64,000 nt of DNA. Origin: Octopus vulgaris. Taxonomy: Eukaryota. The notes below the pieces were generated by a model. That model had not been told where the DNA came from and made no database searches. It was given only the letters and a program-made list of their open reading frames with translations. Positions 13,345 to 26,379 of the stretch are shown piece by piece; the first letter of the stretch is position 1; each line of letters opens with the position of its first letter. The position numbers and the translations under genes were made by a program. The stretch covers positions 135,470,001-135,534,000 of the forward strand of contig OX597817.1 in NCBI GenBank assembly GCA_951406725.2, in the 5' to 3' direction.

Positions 13345-13730
13345 GACATGGCTGGTAGTAAGAAGCTTGCTTCCCAATGATATGGTTGCAGGTTCAGTCC
13401 CACTGCGTGGCACCTTAGGCAAGTGTTTTCTACTATAATTCCAGGCTGACCAAAGCTTTATGAGTGGATTTCATAAATTGGTAGATGGAAACTGAAAGAA
13501 GCTCGTTGTGTGTGTGTGTATGTCTGTCTGTCCCTCACTACCGCTTGATAACCAATGTTAGTGTGTTTACATCCCTGCAACTTAGCAGTTTGGCAAAAAA
13601 AAAGAATGATAAAGTAAGTTCCCGGTTTAAAAAACAGATAAGTACTCGGGCTCAGGCATTCGACTCAAAATTCGTTGAGGTGGTGCTCCAGCATGGCCAC
13701 AGTGTAATAACTGAAGAAAGTAAAAGATAA
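13345..13730 (+). mobile_element. tRNA-derived SINE family A copy
   Basis: Same head/body/tail as 12883-13296, opposite orientation. Confidence 0.85.
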
Positions 13731-14671
13731 CTATATGTTGCTTGTAATCTGATTCCCACAGAATTGAGGAGTTTCCTTGACGGACTTGCTGATTATCTTA
13801 GGATTGAAGGAGTACTGCCCAGAAATCTCGGAATAAAGAAGCTGTGTCCGCAGAGTAAGATATAAACACCAAACCTTCATGTTGAATATTATATTTGTAT
13901 ACCTTGGAGATATCCTCACAGCAATATCACAGTCAACTAGTTTTCTGTATCAGTGATATTATATCAAAGACAACCACAATAAACAATGAAAACACAAAAA
14001 GAAATGTAGAAAGATGGAAAAAAAAAAAAACTCACAAATATAAACCATAATAGCATATTGGCAATATAATATCGTTATAATTGCATTATTAATCTGCATA
14101 TTAATGATGTAACAGCAAGAAAGATTGCTAACGAAGCAGAGCGACTGGATTAAATTTTCATTGCAATTACAAGCATGACGTTAAAACAAGCAACAATAAT
14201 GAAAAAAGAGAGGTGGAAATTAAAATAGACGTTTATCACTACATTGGTTCGTTAAATGGAGATGGAATTGGGAGATTGGAAATGTTTGGATAAAACAAAA
14301 GGTCTGCTTCGACAGAATATTCCGCTGGGCATTTTTTACATTTTATTGAAAATAAATGAAAAATTATGTTTGTCCGCTAATTTATTTTTAGAGATGAAAT
14401 GGTTGACGTCAGTAAAAAAATTGGAACATTGGACCAAATCTATGGACTGGAAGTTCACATCTGTTTTGTGGAAGGAGTTTTTATTGGGCCCCCTGACTGT
14501 CGGATCAAGAAGTTCGCTTCGCAATCATGTGACATCAGGGTCAGTCCCACCGTGCGGTACCTTGAGCAAGGGTCTTCTGTTCTACTACAAACCCCAGATC
14601 ACTCAATGCCTTCAGGAAGGATTTGGTAGACAGAAACAGCAAGCACAGAACCATGTGTCACATGTGAATGG

Positions 14672-14907
14672 TTTGTGTGTGTGTGTGTGTGTGTGTGCGT
14701 GTGTATACATGCATGTGCATGTGTGCATATTTATGTGTGGGTGTGTGTGTGTATATGCATGTTTGCGAGTGTGTATGTGTGCATGCTTGTGTGTGTGTGC
14801 ATATTTGTGTGTGTACATGTATGTGTGTGTGCATGTTTGTGTGTGTGTGTATGTCTATGTGCTTGCATGTTTGTGTGTGTGTGTGTGTGTATGTCTGTGT
14901 GCATGCA

Positions 14908-14940
<33 letters not shown>

Positions 14941-14953
14941 CTGTGTGCATGCA

Positions 14954-14997
<44 letters not shown>
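14672..14997. repeat. Degenerate (TG)n / tgtgcatgcatg tandem repeat
   Basis: Direct inspection. Confidence 0.95.
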
Positions 14998-15000
<3 letters not shown>

Positions 15001-15004
15001 CCTC

Positions 15005-15530
15005 ATCACTGAACCTCCATGTTCCATGCATGGGCTGGACCCTTTGGTCAGAGTCCAAGGACATCGTTCTGCTTCTGTGTCTACTTTGACCTGGTCCCCA
15101 CAGCTGGAGGCCCTTCCTAATGCCAACCACTTTACAGAGTGTACTGGGTGCTTTTACACAGCGCAAGAAGTACGGGTGCTTTTCACAGGGCACCAGCACT
15201 TACAAGCCCACAAGATTAGGGATGCTCACTTTGAAAGGGCTGCAAGAGGACAAGCCTGTATGCAAGGACAACCACAGTCTTACTTAGCTTGACATGTCTT
15301 TTCAAACACAGCAAACCGCAAGGAGTCCCTGTCCCCTGTTATCCCCTCAGTGAGTCCCAACATCTGTTGATCTTTTCTCACCCCTTTGTCCCACAACTTC
15401 CTGGGTCTACCCCTTCCACATGTTCCTCCTACTATTAAAGATCAGCGCCTCTTGATGCAACTGTCCTCATTCATACGCATCACATGGCCATACCGGTGCA
15501 GTCTTCTCTCTTGCACACTACATCTGACAC
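15005..15530 (-). mobile_element. RTE LINE 3' fragment (same family as 38416-40140)
   Basis: Reverse strand reads CSVQERRLHRYGHVMRMNEDSCI...GTCGRGRPRKLWD followed by the family tail; contains a stop. Confidence 0.8.
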
Positions 15531-16228
15531 TACGCACACCACACGACAGGCTTCTGTACAGTAAAATCTATTATGGAGATTACCACCTATGCTGGTGCCA
15601 CATAAAAAGCATTTAAGACACTCTTAATGAACACATTCTTTAATTAGACAAATCAACATTATACCTTGTGAGGTCCATGTGTCTAATTAGCACCATATGT
15701 GTGTGTGTGTGTGTGTGCATGTACATGTGTGTATTTGTAAATACCAATGTAAAGTGGTATTTTGAGTTACATCCCTTTGTGTCAAATAAACAGTTAACTG
15801 CGCCATTGAATAAACAGAGATCAATAAAATAAATGCTAAAACAAGTGCTGAGTGGGGGGCGCATATCTTGCTGTTTAATATCCGTTTTCCATGCTGGCAT
15901 GGGTTGGACAGTTTAACTGAGGGCTGGCAAGCCAGAAGGCTGCACCAGGCCCCAATCTGATCTGCCAATGTTTCTACAGCAGGATGCCCTTCCTAGCGCC
16001 AACCACTCCGAGAGTGTAATGGGTGTTTTTTACGTGCCACCAGCACAAGGGCCAGTCAGGCAGTACTGGCATCAGCCATGCTTGAATGGTGCTTTTTTAT
16101 GTGCCACCGGCATGGGAGCCAGTCAGGTGGCTTGACTAAAACACCTTGGTGCCCCAGTATAGGCACATGTAATCAGTAAAAGACTACACACAAAGATTAA
16201 GGGCACATAATCGCACAAAAACTCTCAC

Positions 16229-16386
16229 CTTTTGCAGGTGCATATTCTTGGTCAAGGTTTCTTCCAGCATCCTCTGTAACTTGCGGTTCATCTCTTTCAT
16301 ATTCACATCTCCACGATTCACCAATTCCAGAACTTTCTTCAGAGACGATTTCTCTTCAGTAGATTTATGGTGGCTTGCTAAACCAT
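16229..16386 (-). CDS. GRIPAP1: GRIPAP1 penultimate coding exon (DGLASHHK...NRKLQRMLEETLTKNMHLQK)
   Basis: tctcctctccag| ... AAG|gtgaga; 158 nt, phase 1/0. Confidence 0.94.
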
Positions 16387-16427
16387 CTGGAGAGGAGAAA
16401 GAAACAACAAAGCTGCTAGTAGTAGTA

Positions 16428-16486
<59 letters not shown>

Positions 16487-16914
16487 GATAATATTTATCC
16501 CCACTGGAAAGTGGATGTTGTGTCACAACACAAATATACTGCATTATTTACCCTGAAAGAACCTCTCGTATGGACTTGTGGTGCATATAAGCACTCTTGT
16601 TTATATTGCTAGTGGGAGACAATCATTTGGTACCACTGCCAGAACAACCAGATCACATGATTTCAGCCTTCTTTGACCTTGTCAATGGTAGACATCTATG
16701 CCTAGACATAGCAGCAATTTCTCCATCAGCAATATATATATATATATATATATATATGGAGGCTTATACGGATTTCAAGATTATCATACTAAAGTGTATT
16801 TACCAAAATCAAAACAGTAACTTTTTTATATTTCAAACAAACACTATTTCCCCATATTACTTCATATTTTAAAAAAAACTACCATTCAATAAATTATACA
16901 AACTTCACATTTTA

Positions 16915-17006
16915 TATCTCTGATGAGCAGAAGTATTGTCTATAAATGTTTAACAATACAGGATTCCATTATAGAGACAATACTTTTGCGAAACGATCAT
17001 AAGATG
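16915..17006 (+). ncRNA. Minimal type-I hammerhead-ribozyme-like motif (Penelope-type)
   Basis: atct-CTGATGA-gcagaagtattgtct...agacaatacttttgc-GAAAC-gatc-ATA-agat; 15-bp stem II, 4-5-bp stem I; one mismatch in stem III. Confidence 0.6.
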
Positions 17007-17610
17007 CTTTAAAAACTTAATTTTAAACTATTAAATTTTAAACTGTCATATTTATTATTATACATTTATACTTATACATATTTACATATATTTTTATATA
17101 TGTATTTTTAATACAATAATTATTATACACATGTATATGCCTTTCTGAAGAATTTTCTGATATTAATTTCCTGATATTATTAACAATATATTATATAGAC
17201 ATAGAATCTCAGTGCCTGTTCAGGCATTGGTGCCCCATTTAGCCAATTTGGCTCATTAGACAATAATGAATAGCAATAGAAGCAGCATTAATATTAAAAG
17301 TTGATATTTCCCACTTAAAAGTAGATGTGTGACACACAGACACGCACACGTTTATTTTTTGCCCAGACTGAACATTGAGAGCCTGCATTAAAAAGAAATG
17401 ATTTGGAATTCAAAGCCAGTCTGGAGATATTGTAAATGTTTGCAGGAATATGATGCCTGATGGCGCCCAAAGAACAAACGACCGATTGAAATATAATGTA
17501 AAAATAGATAAACCAAACCACACACAACAACAAAAGAAATTCTCTGGGAACAAAAGAAATTATTGAAAGGCAGAACCTGATTGGAAGGAATGGCAATGGT
17601 ATGAACTCAC

Positions 17611-17704
17611 CTGTTCTTCCATCCATTACATAATACTCAATAATCGCAGACTTCTGCAAAAGGTCTTCACACATAGCAGCGTTACTTTCTTCAAGATGTT
17701 GAAC
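17611..17704 (-). CDS. GRIPAP1: GRIPAP1 coding exon (VQHLEESNAAMCEDLLQKSAIIEYYVMDGRT)
   Basis: cctttcccag| ... G|gtgagt; 94 nt, phase 0/1; MxEDLxxKSAIIExYVMD motif. Confidence 0.94.
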
Positions 17705-18019
17705 CTGGGAAAGGGAGAATATATTTCTGAAATGTTACATTTTGTTCTACAAACTGATCGAGGTGTTCAAGACATTGTCCAACTATTTATTACTTCAAGG
17801 AATGGAAGACGGTTGGAGATGATTGATATGTTGACAGATATAGGGATTAATTCTGGTCAAGAAAGTCAAGGGAGGCAACTTTGATATTTGTATTAATCAA
17901 AAATATTGAAAATGTAATATGGTGAATACAGTCAGAAGAGATAATATAATGTCTGGCCATAAGGAGGTAACTATAGATATGTTTCAGTATTATTAAACCT
18001 CCTCAGTGAAATAAAGTCA

Positions 18020-18480
18020 TACCAGTACTGCTCTGGCTGATGCCAGCGCCTCCGGGCTGGCTCCCCATGCTGGTGGCACATAAAAACCACCATCCAAACA
18101 TGGTCGATGCCAGCCCCCTCACCATCCGAACGTGGCTGATGCCAGCCCCTTCACGCCGACTGGCTCCTATGCTGGTGGCACATAAAAAGCATCAACCGTA
18201 CATGGCTAATGCCAGCGCCACCTCGACTGGTTCCTATGCTGGTGGCACATAAAAGCACCATCCAAATGTGGTCGATGCCAGCACCCTCTGGCCCCTGTGC
18301 TGGTGGCACATAAAAAGCACCCACTACACTCTCAGAGTGATTAGCGTTAGGAACGGCATCCAGCTATACAAACACTGCTAGATCAGATTGGAGGCTGGTG
18401 CAGCCTCCTGGCTTCTCAGACCCCCAGTCAAACCATCCAACCCATGCCAGCATGGAAAACAGACATTAAACAATGATGAT
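18020..18480 (+). repeat. RTE 3'-tail copy with expanded ~60-bp tandem units
   Basis: Four atgctggtggcacataaaaa-type units then the conserved tail and gatgat. Similar copies at 7470-7770, 8870-9362, 11290-11570, 15870-16135-, 19035-19380, 23455-23630, 26470-26830, 45500-45700-, 48450-48715, 52615-52940-, 56840-57187. Confidence 0.85.
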
Positions 18481-19508
18481 GTGTGTGTGTTCGAATTGTC
18501 TTCACAGAGAGGCCATCAGGACTCCCACCTTCACTGTGAACAGGAATTAATCTTCTCTTCACTCTTTTGTGCCACATGGGCTCAACTCCTCTCCTCTCTT
18601 CACCTGACTCTCTTCCTCTCCTCTTCATCTGACACTTATTTCCTCTCTTCACTCCTACCCCCTAAACCCATAACCCACCCCACACACCCCTACCCATATC
18701 CCCACACCACATCACACCACTCCACACACACTAGAACTGACCACTTCCCAGCACCAACACCACACCACATCATCCGACACCATTGAAGATTATATACATA
18801 TGTATATATAAAAATATAAACTAAGATTCTGTCAAATTAGGTACTTAAATTAAGGCCCCTTGCTAGGTTGGTATAATCTGCACATCCAAACAATATTAAT
18901 TGGATACTGAACATCAATAATATTGAATATCAGGACAGGAACAGTTTCTTTCAAATGATGTAATGTTTTCATTAATCAATTAAAAGATTCATTAGAAACA
19001 GCCATAAGTAATTGACACCTGTACATCTTTGTTGTTACGCCTGACTGGCTCCCCATGCCGGTGACACATAAAAAGCACCATCCAGACGTGGTCGATGCCA
19101 GTCCTCCCCCCACCATCCACCTCGACTGGCTCCTGTACCAGTAGCATGTAAAAAGACCCATCTGATTGTGGCCGATACCAGTGCCACCTGACTGGCTCCC
19201 ATGCTGGTGACACATAAAAGGCACCCACTGCACACACAGAATGGTTGGCATTAAGAAGAGCATCCAGCTGTAGAAACCTTGCCAGATAAGATTGGAGCCT
19301 GGTGCAGCCTATTGGCTTGCCAGTCCTCAGTCGAGCCATCCAACCCATGCCAGCATGGAAAATAAACATGATGATGATGAATGAATGAGATAAAGAGAGA
19401 GAGAGGAGAGCATTTTAGTGGATAAATTCTGACAGTAACAACTTAAAACATGAAAAGCTAAAATACTTATTTACAAAATGATCAATAAAAAAAATAATAT
19501 TCTTACAT

Positions 19509-19722
19509 TTAACCCTTTCGTTGCTGTATTTATTTTGATACACTCTGTGTTTCTTTCAATTACTTTAAATATAACAACAAATTTAGTAAAATAACTTCGT
19601 TATCATTAAGCTAGTGTTATGAACATAAATTGTGACTAATTTTAAATCAAAACTTATGAAAACAAGACATTTGTACTCAGAGCCAAAGACAGTTTCAGCA
19701 GGGTTGGTAATGAAAAGGTTAA
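19509..19722. mobile_element. piggyBac-type MITE, family 1
   Basis: TTAA-ccctttcgtt ... aatgaaaagg-TTAA; sibling copies at ~36179-36405 and 36550-36701. Confidence 0.75.
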
Positions 19723-20299
19723 AATTTCAGGAAAAAATATATAAAACTTTATTGTTTATCAGCTTTTATTAATCCTATTTCTGTATAACAAAATTATCCA
19801 GAATTCATTTTTTGAAGACACTCAACCATTAATATGAATTTTCTTCAGCAAGATTTTTCATTATCTTCTCAGCCCCACCTGTATCACCCTCACCTTTTTG
19901 CCACATAGCTCTTCAACAGCAAGAAGTCCCTATTCTCTCCCGGGCCCTTCTCTCGTACTTTAACCTCTCATCTCCTTGCATTAAGTTGCCCCCCTACATG
20001 TCTACTGTCATTCCACCCAGCTGAAGGTGACCTCAGTCATGCAAACTCCATGGTAACCTCACTAGTGTTGGTGCCATGATAAAAGCACCCAGTACACCTT
20101 GTAAAAAGGTTGGCATAAGGAGGGGCACCTGGCCTCAGAAGCCATGCACAATGCAATCCTCTCAGACCCGTCGGATCCTATCAAACTGACCAATCCATGC
20201 CAACATGGACGCAAAATAATGATTAAATTAGATTCTTAAAAATCTGCTACACACTTAGATACCCCCTTCTAGAGGACTTTGGGGACCAAGGAGTTAAAG

Positions 20300-20818
20300 C
20301 AGGGATGGGGAAACTTTTTAGTGCAGTGGGCAAAAATTTCCAAAGGAAAAGGTCCACGAGCAGATCACAGGTTCTAACTCTTATACCTGTGTAAATCTTG
20401 TATATATCTATGTATAATTTGATATACATTAATAAAGATAAGATTAACACATTAAATTAACATGTAACATCTTCATTAACACTACCACTGAATTTAGGAC
20501 GTTTATATTACATATGAGGCATTCTGTTTTGTTCAACTAAAGTGTAGTTGGGTCTCAAGGGGGTGGCATAACCTAGCAATATGTGTTTTATAGTGAAAAC
20601 AAAATTTCCATTCAAATGGCAATTACCGGAAGATTTTCTGTTCAAGCCTAACCATTTTAAGTCGTAGTGGAAACGCAAACAGACATATGAATATTGTATA
20701 AATTTTATAATCGTAAAATTTACTAAATTTTGTACATACGAGTATACCAGCCTGCGAGTGCAATAAAATGGGCCTGCGGACGCAGTTGCTTCCGTGGGCG
20801 GGGGTTCCCCCACCCTTG
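20300..20818. mobile_element. hAT-type non-autonomous element (MITE)
   Basis: TIRs cagggatggggaaac / gttcccccacccttg; 8-bp TSD agttaaag (20292-20299) vs agtcaaag (20819-20826). Confidence 0.75.
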
Positions 20819-20978
20819 AGTCAAAGCAATGAGTGGAAGACAAGGAGGGGGTTACCAAGGGACATCTTCTGCATGTAAAAATATTATATAAAAGATTCAA
20901 TTTCCATAAACCTGGTTCAAATGTTTGATTTGATGCTGGAGTGAAAAATCAAGACTTTGGTCAACTTCCTCCACTCAC

Positions 20979-21086
20979 CTTTTCCTCTAAAGTCCATTTC
21001 TGTTGCTGTGATGCAGCCAGACGGTTAACCAATTCATCGTGTTCAGACTCAAAATCACTCGGAGGGGTTCCAGTTCGGTTTGGAGA
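20979..21086 (-). CDS. GRIPAP1: GRIPAP1 coding exon (SPNRTGTPPSDFESEHDELVNRLAASQQQKWTLEEK)
   Basis: ctctttcag| ... AAG|gtgagt; 108 nt, phase 0/0; QQxKWxLEEK motif. Confidence 0.91.
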
Positions 21087-21144
21087 CTGAAAGAGTAACG
21101 TTTCAACATAAACACCAAGAGCAATGTGTCGGGTCATCTTAGGT

Positions 21145-21535
21145 TAATGATGGTGGTTGTGGTAGTGGTGGCGGTGGTGATGGCAGGGGGGATGGTGATA
21201 ATAGTTGTGGTGGTGGTGGTGGTGGTGGTGGTGGCGGTGGTGATAGTGGTAATACTTGTGGTAGTGGTGGCGGTGGTGATGGCAGGGGGATGGTGGTAAT
21301 AGTTGTGGTAGTGGTGATGATGGTGATGGCAGTAGGGATGGTGGTAATAGTTGTGGTGGTGGTGATGGTGGTGGTGATGGTGGTAATACTTGTGGTGGTG
21401 GTGGTGGTGATGGCGGTAATAGTTGTGGTGGTGGTGGTGGTAATGGAAAATAATAACAATGGGAACAGCACTGCTGCTACTGGTAATGGTGGTGTTGGTG
21501 GTGGTGTTGGTGGTGGTGGTGGTAGTGGTGGTTGG
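21145..21535. repeat. (GGT)n-rich compound trinucleotide repeat
   Basis: Direct inspection; begins ~60 bp from the acceptor of exon 20979-21086. Confidence 0.95.
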
Positions 21536-21900
21536 GATGTTAGTTAATGACTGGTAATGGTCATAGAGAATTCAACATTTTAAATTTTTCACATCAACAA
21601 CCAGCATTGACAACAGACCATTGCAGCAGAAGTAATCAAGCTTATAATTAACGACAACAACAACAACAACAACAGCACAAACAAACAAACAAACAAATTG
21701 CATCAAATGAAAAAGTAGAAAATGCTGCGATACTAGTTTATTATTAAAAGACTAAATCATTAAAATAAATTTCATAATGAAAATCAATAACAACAACAAC
21801 AATAATAATAATAATAATAATAATCTAGAAAATAACAACAAAAGTATTTTAGACAAAACACATCATTCTATTCCATTAAGTTTTACGAAACTCTTAACAC

Positions 21901-21904
21901 CTTC

Positions 21905-21937
<33 letters not shown>

Positions 21938-22090
21938 CCTCTTGCTTTATCTCTCCCTCTCTCTTCCTCTCTCTCTTTCTCTCTCCTTTTTTCTCTCCCT
22001 CTTTTTCTCGCTCTCTTTCTTTCTCTCTCTTTCCCTTTCTCTCCCTCTTTCTCTCTCTCCCTCTCTTCCTCTTTTCTTCTCTCCCTCTCT
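21901..22090. repeat. (CT)n pyrimidine tract
   Basis: Direct inspection. Confidence 0.95.
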
Positions 22091-23292
22091 CATACATTAA
22101 AAAAATCCCGTCCTCACTCATTAATCACTTCTAGTTTTTAAACCAGAGATTGGTTAAAATATATTGCGATTACAAATGCAATTTAATAAAAATTTATCGC
22201 TTTTGGGTGTTATTTACTTTTGTTTTTAAGTGTATAATTGTTTAAATAATTAAGTTTGCTTTGAACTGGCTTTCAACGAGGCAGTTAAATTACTTACTTA
22301 TGAGTGTGCATAACGAGCTGGTGTTTTAATTGTATTTAGTAATACTAGGGAAAAATTAGTCTTCAAACTTTGTAATTAACATGTGGAATTAATATATTGC
22401 AAAACACAAAAAAGAAAAAATAAGTTTTTGACCAAAACAGAACGAAAATAAACATAAGTGTGTGATAAACATGGCTGTGTGGTAAGAAGCTTGCTTCCCA
22501 ACCACATGGTTCTGGGTTCAGTTCCACTGCATGGCACTTTGGGCAAGTGTCCTCTACTATAGGTTTGGGCTGACCGAAACCTTGTGAGTGGATCTGGTAG
22601 ACAGAAACTGAAAGAAGCCTGTTGTGTGTGTGTGCACGTGTGTGTGTGTATGCGTGTGTGTCTTTGTATCTGTGTTTGTCCCTCCACCACCACCACTGCT
22701 TGAGAACCTGTGTCGGAGTGTTTATGTCCCTGTAACTTAGCAGTTCAGCAAAGGAGACTGATAGAATAAGTAAATGGATTGAAAAAAAACGTCTTCATGG
22801 TGGTGCCCCAGCATGGCCACAGTCTAGTGACAGAAACAAATAAAAGATGAAAAAAAAAATAGTTGTTTTCCAAAGAATTAATGATTGATCAATACTTAGC
22901 AAAAAAGCCGGGTTTTGAGATTTTTTTGATTTTTTTCCATTTTTGAAACCCAAAGAAATAAATATCAATTATTTTAAGGTAATTAAACTAACTTAATTAC
23001 AAACAATTTGCAACTGGTTAATTTAAAACTGCTGACGTATTGAAATATTTTTCGAAACATAAAAATTAAATTGGTGGAGGCACAGAAATGGTTTCTGGTT
23101 TTTTCACGCTCAGAATTGTTGAAGCATGAAATGAACTAGCTGTACCAGTTGTTAGCTATCATTGCACTGCATCCTTGAAAACTTCCATACTTCTCAAAAT
23201 TCACCAAACAGTACACAACAACACTGAGTTCGCTCAGTTAAAGAAACAGTCTTTACAACATTAACCAAACAATTGCAAAAAGGTTTACTTAC

Positions 23293-23350
23293 CTGTGGAG
23301 AGTCTTTGTTACCGATTCCACTGGCTCCAGCACTCCATGAAGAAACGGAG
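23293..23350 (-). CDS. GRIPAP1: GRIPAP1 coding exon (SSVSSWSAGASGIGNKDSPQ)
   Basis: ttcttcgtcag| ... CAG|gtaagt; 58 nt, phase 2/0. Confidence 0.87.
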
Positions 23351-24308
23351 CTGACGAAGAAAGAAATGTCGTGTATATTAAAGGGTGACGGTGGTGGCAA
23401 TGGTTATTATGATGATGATGACAATGATAATGGTGATGATGATATTATAAGCATGCATGCCACATAAAAAGCACCCGATACCTTTTGTAAAGTGGTTGGC
23501 ATTAGGAAGGGTATCCAGCTGTAGAAACCATGGTATGTCAGACAATTGGAACCTGGTGTTGTTCTCCGGTTTGCCAGTTCCTGTCAGAGCGTGCAACCCA
23601 CACCAGGATGGAAAACAGATGTTAAATGATTATGGTGTACGTTTTGTCATTACTGCTCTTAGTGCTACTGGAAACATGTAACCCAGTGCTACCTGACCCA
23701 TGGGGAGGCCGTCAGCAAGTAAACCAATAACCCTGACAAGGGTGAGTTACGTTGGACACCTTGCAGGACAAACAAAACAAAGCCTATGAAAGGATCGATG
23801 AATTTAGTGAGGTCAACGGCCATCCAGAAGCTGCGATAAGCGACTCCTAGTTTTTGTAGAGGCATCTCTCTAAAAGACGGAAATTCCAAAATAACACCTG
23901 CAACTTCGTTTACATTGCGATATCTTCTTCTGTGACATAGAAATAGAGTATGTAATGCCTCAGCAGCCGATAAGCCATTGGAAATATCATTCCCCAAGAT
24001 TCCTTTGAAGTAAATTTCTGAGAGAAGGACATTCCAAAGTGACACTCATCTCATTGCAGAGCCAGAGATTCCCATTCTTGCTTGTTTTTCTCAACTATTT
24101 GGATTTGGAGGTGAGAATGGAAGTGGTGTGGCATAAGCAGAGGAACTGCTGACAGCCATTGTCTTTGATGTCTAGGAATGAGAGAATTTGTCAGTGATGG
24201 TCATATTCATTTATGAGCCATCACTTACATACATACATGACAGCCATCACTTACATACATACGTACATGTGTGTGGGTGGATAGATGAATAAATGGATGG
24301 ATGCCTAC

Positions 24309-24360
24309 CTGCTCTCAGCTTTATCTCCAATATCAGCAGGCTTAAATAAGTCATCAACTC
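24309..24360 (-). CDS. GRIPAP1: GRIPAP1 coding exon (GVDDLFKPADIGDKAES)
   Basis: ttttgttgcag| ... AG|gtaggc; 52 nt, exactly bridges phase 1 to phase 2. Confidence 0.85.
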
Positions 24361-24755
24361 CTGCAACAAAAGAAGGTTATTTCAAAGTAAAGACAACTGT
24401 CAACTCACATTAATATAATTGTTCTTTATTTCTAATTCTATTTACATTTGTTCCCACATCAATAGATAGACGTAGCTGTGTTAAATACATGCTTGTGACA
24501 GAAGCACACAAATGGACCAAATAAATGTAAACTTCACTTCGCAGAGAAGTTTCATATTCATTCATCAACCCTTCCTAGCTCTCACTGAAAGCCTCATCTT
24601 ACTGACAGACAAAAAGAAACGATGCAGTTATTAATAAAAAGATTTATGAAGGAGTTATGCTAGAGCATAACTCCTTCATAGTCAGCTCCTGAACTTTTCA
24701 GCTATGAAACTTTCAGCCCACCCTTGTATATGTTCTTTTCTTTTCTTAACACCCT

Positions 24756-24800
<45 letters not shown>

Positions 24801-24848
24801 CCATGCAATAACAAACAGTATATAATTTCCCGAATGAACTCAACTTAC

Positions 24849-24948
24849 CTTGTCTGTTTTTAGGATCCGTTAATATTTCCTGCAACCTCTCTTGTAATTT
24901 CTCAGCTCTTTTCCTTTCAGTATGCAGCTGGCGTTTTAAATCTTTCAA
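24849..24948 (-). CDS. GRIPAP1: GRIPAP1 coding exon ([33 protein letters not shown])
   Basis: gatttcag| ... G|gtaagt; 100 nt, phase 0/1; strongly conserved block. Confidence 0.94.
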
Positions 24949-26336
24949 CTGAAATCAAACAAAAGAGAGAGTGTGTGGAAACGTACCATAGAAAAGGGGT
25001 CAGGGGTCACCACAATATACAATCCCTACAGGTCACAACTCTCTCCTTCAATTATACCATTATTACCTATTTCTTTATTACCCACAAGGGGCTAAACACA
25101 GAGGGCACAAACAAGGACAGACATAGGTATTAAGTCGATTACATCGACCCCAGTGCGTAACTGGTACTTAATTTATCGACCCCGAAAGGATGAAAGGCAA
25201 AGTCGACCTCAGCGGAATTTGAACTCACAACGTAACGCAGACGAAATACCGCAAAGCATTTCGCCCGGCGTGCTAACGATTCTGCCAGCTCACCGCCTTT
25301 ATACCATTATTACCATACAAACTTCAGACCAGTTACGCTCCTACCTGCTCATCCATCATCCATTCTGTGCCTCAATCAAGAAACTATACACTAAACTCTT
25401 CAGTTAATCCTTCCTCAACAGATGCATCCCTCCAGAACTCCTTACAAACCATCATCTTCAGTATTGAAGCTGACCATCTCTAAGCACACTGGCTGCAATG
25501 GTCAACCACACACACACACACGCTTTGCTGCTCCCTTTGCCTAACAATCCTTTTTACTGTAAGAGCAAGTCCTGGTATTTGGGGGAAGCAGAATAGTCAA
25601 TTACATCAACCCAAGTGAATAAGGACTTCAACTTTTGGCACAAGGAGAGGGAGGAGGGATAAGTCAAATACATCAACCCCAGTACGTAGCTGGTACATTT
25701 CTTTATTGACCCCCAAAAGGGAGAAAGGCAAATCCAACCTTAATGGAATTTGAACTCAGAACATAAAGATGGACGAAATGCCGCAGAGTATTTTGTCCAG
25801 TGTTCCAACAATTCAACCAGATCCCCACAATAATAATAATAATAAATGCCCTGATGCTGTACCAGGTAGTGGCTCTTGTAGCTTCTGATCTTAACTGATT
25901 TGAAGTGTTATCATGTACATTGTTTTGTCTTTGTATAAAAGATGGACTACAGCAAATATTCTGTTCAATACCACAGATTTGCCTGTCAGTTGTTTGACCT
26001 TAATCAGTTGAGCCTTAGTAGCTGACGATATGTGCTTCTCTGATCATGAACAGAAGTAGTGGGAGAGCATGGGTGGTTCGTTCAACATCCTTAAACAATC
26101 GTTATTCAGGGATCTTTTAAGTGGGATGGGTTACTCGACCAGAAGAAAATTCTGAGCCCCACCTGCAAGGTCATGTGCTGTTTATCTTGATACAAGGTCA
26201 CCATGTCACGCACATATGTTTGTGATGCATGTGCCTAGTGTACCCTTATCAGACGGGTAGTCATGATGGGTATACTGGGCTTCGTATATTTTACCCCAGT
26301 GTCACTTTGTTGGCATGCACTGCTCTCTCACTCAAT

Positions 26337-26379
<43 letters not shown>

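Noticed and set aside
14256-15089. 277-aa ORF and other VC/YI/HT-rich ORFs (e.g. 39981-40544, 46361-46903, 58753-59293)
   Set aside because: Translations of dinucleotide microsatellites and SINE pieces; no coding signal.
18020-18330. CRISPR-like array of palindromic repeats with spacers (also 8870-9200, 39790-39975, 56840-57030)
   Set aside because: Repeats are degenerate, spacers are related to each other, no cas genes are present, the context is a eukaryotic intron, and the array is collinear with the RTE LINE 3' UTR.
21139-21547. Thr/Pro-rich mucin-like ORFs
   Set aside because: Product of the (GGT)n repeat; no compatible splice sites identified.
23689-24170. 118-aa ORF as a GRIPAP1 exon
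   Set aside because: The 52-nt exon at 24309-24360 already closes the phase; this segment lacks good splice sites and looks like unassigned decayed TE.
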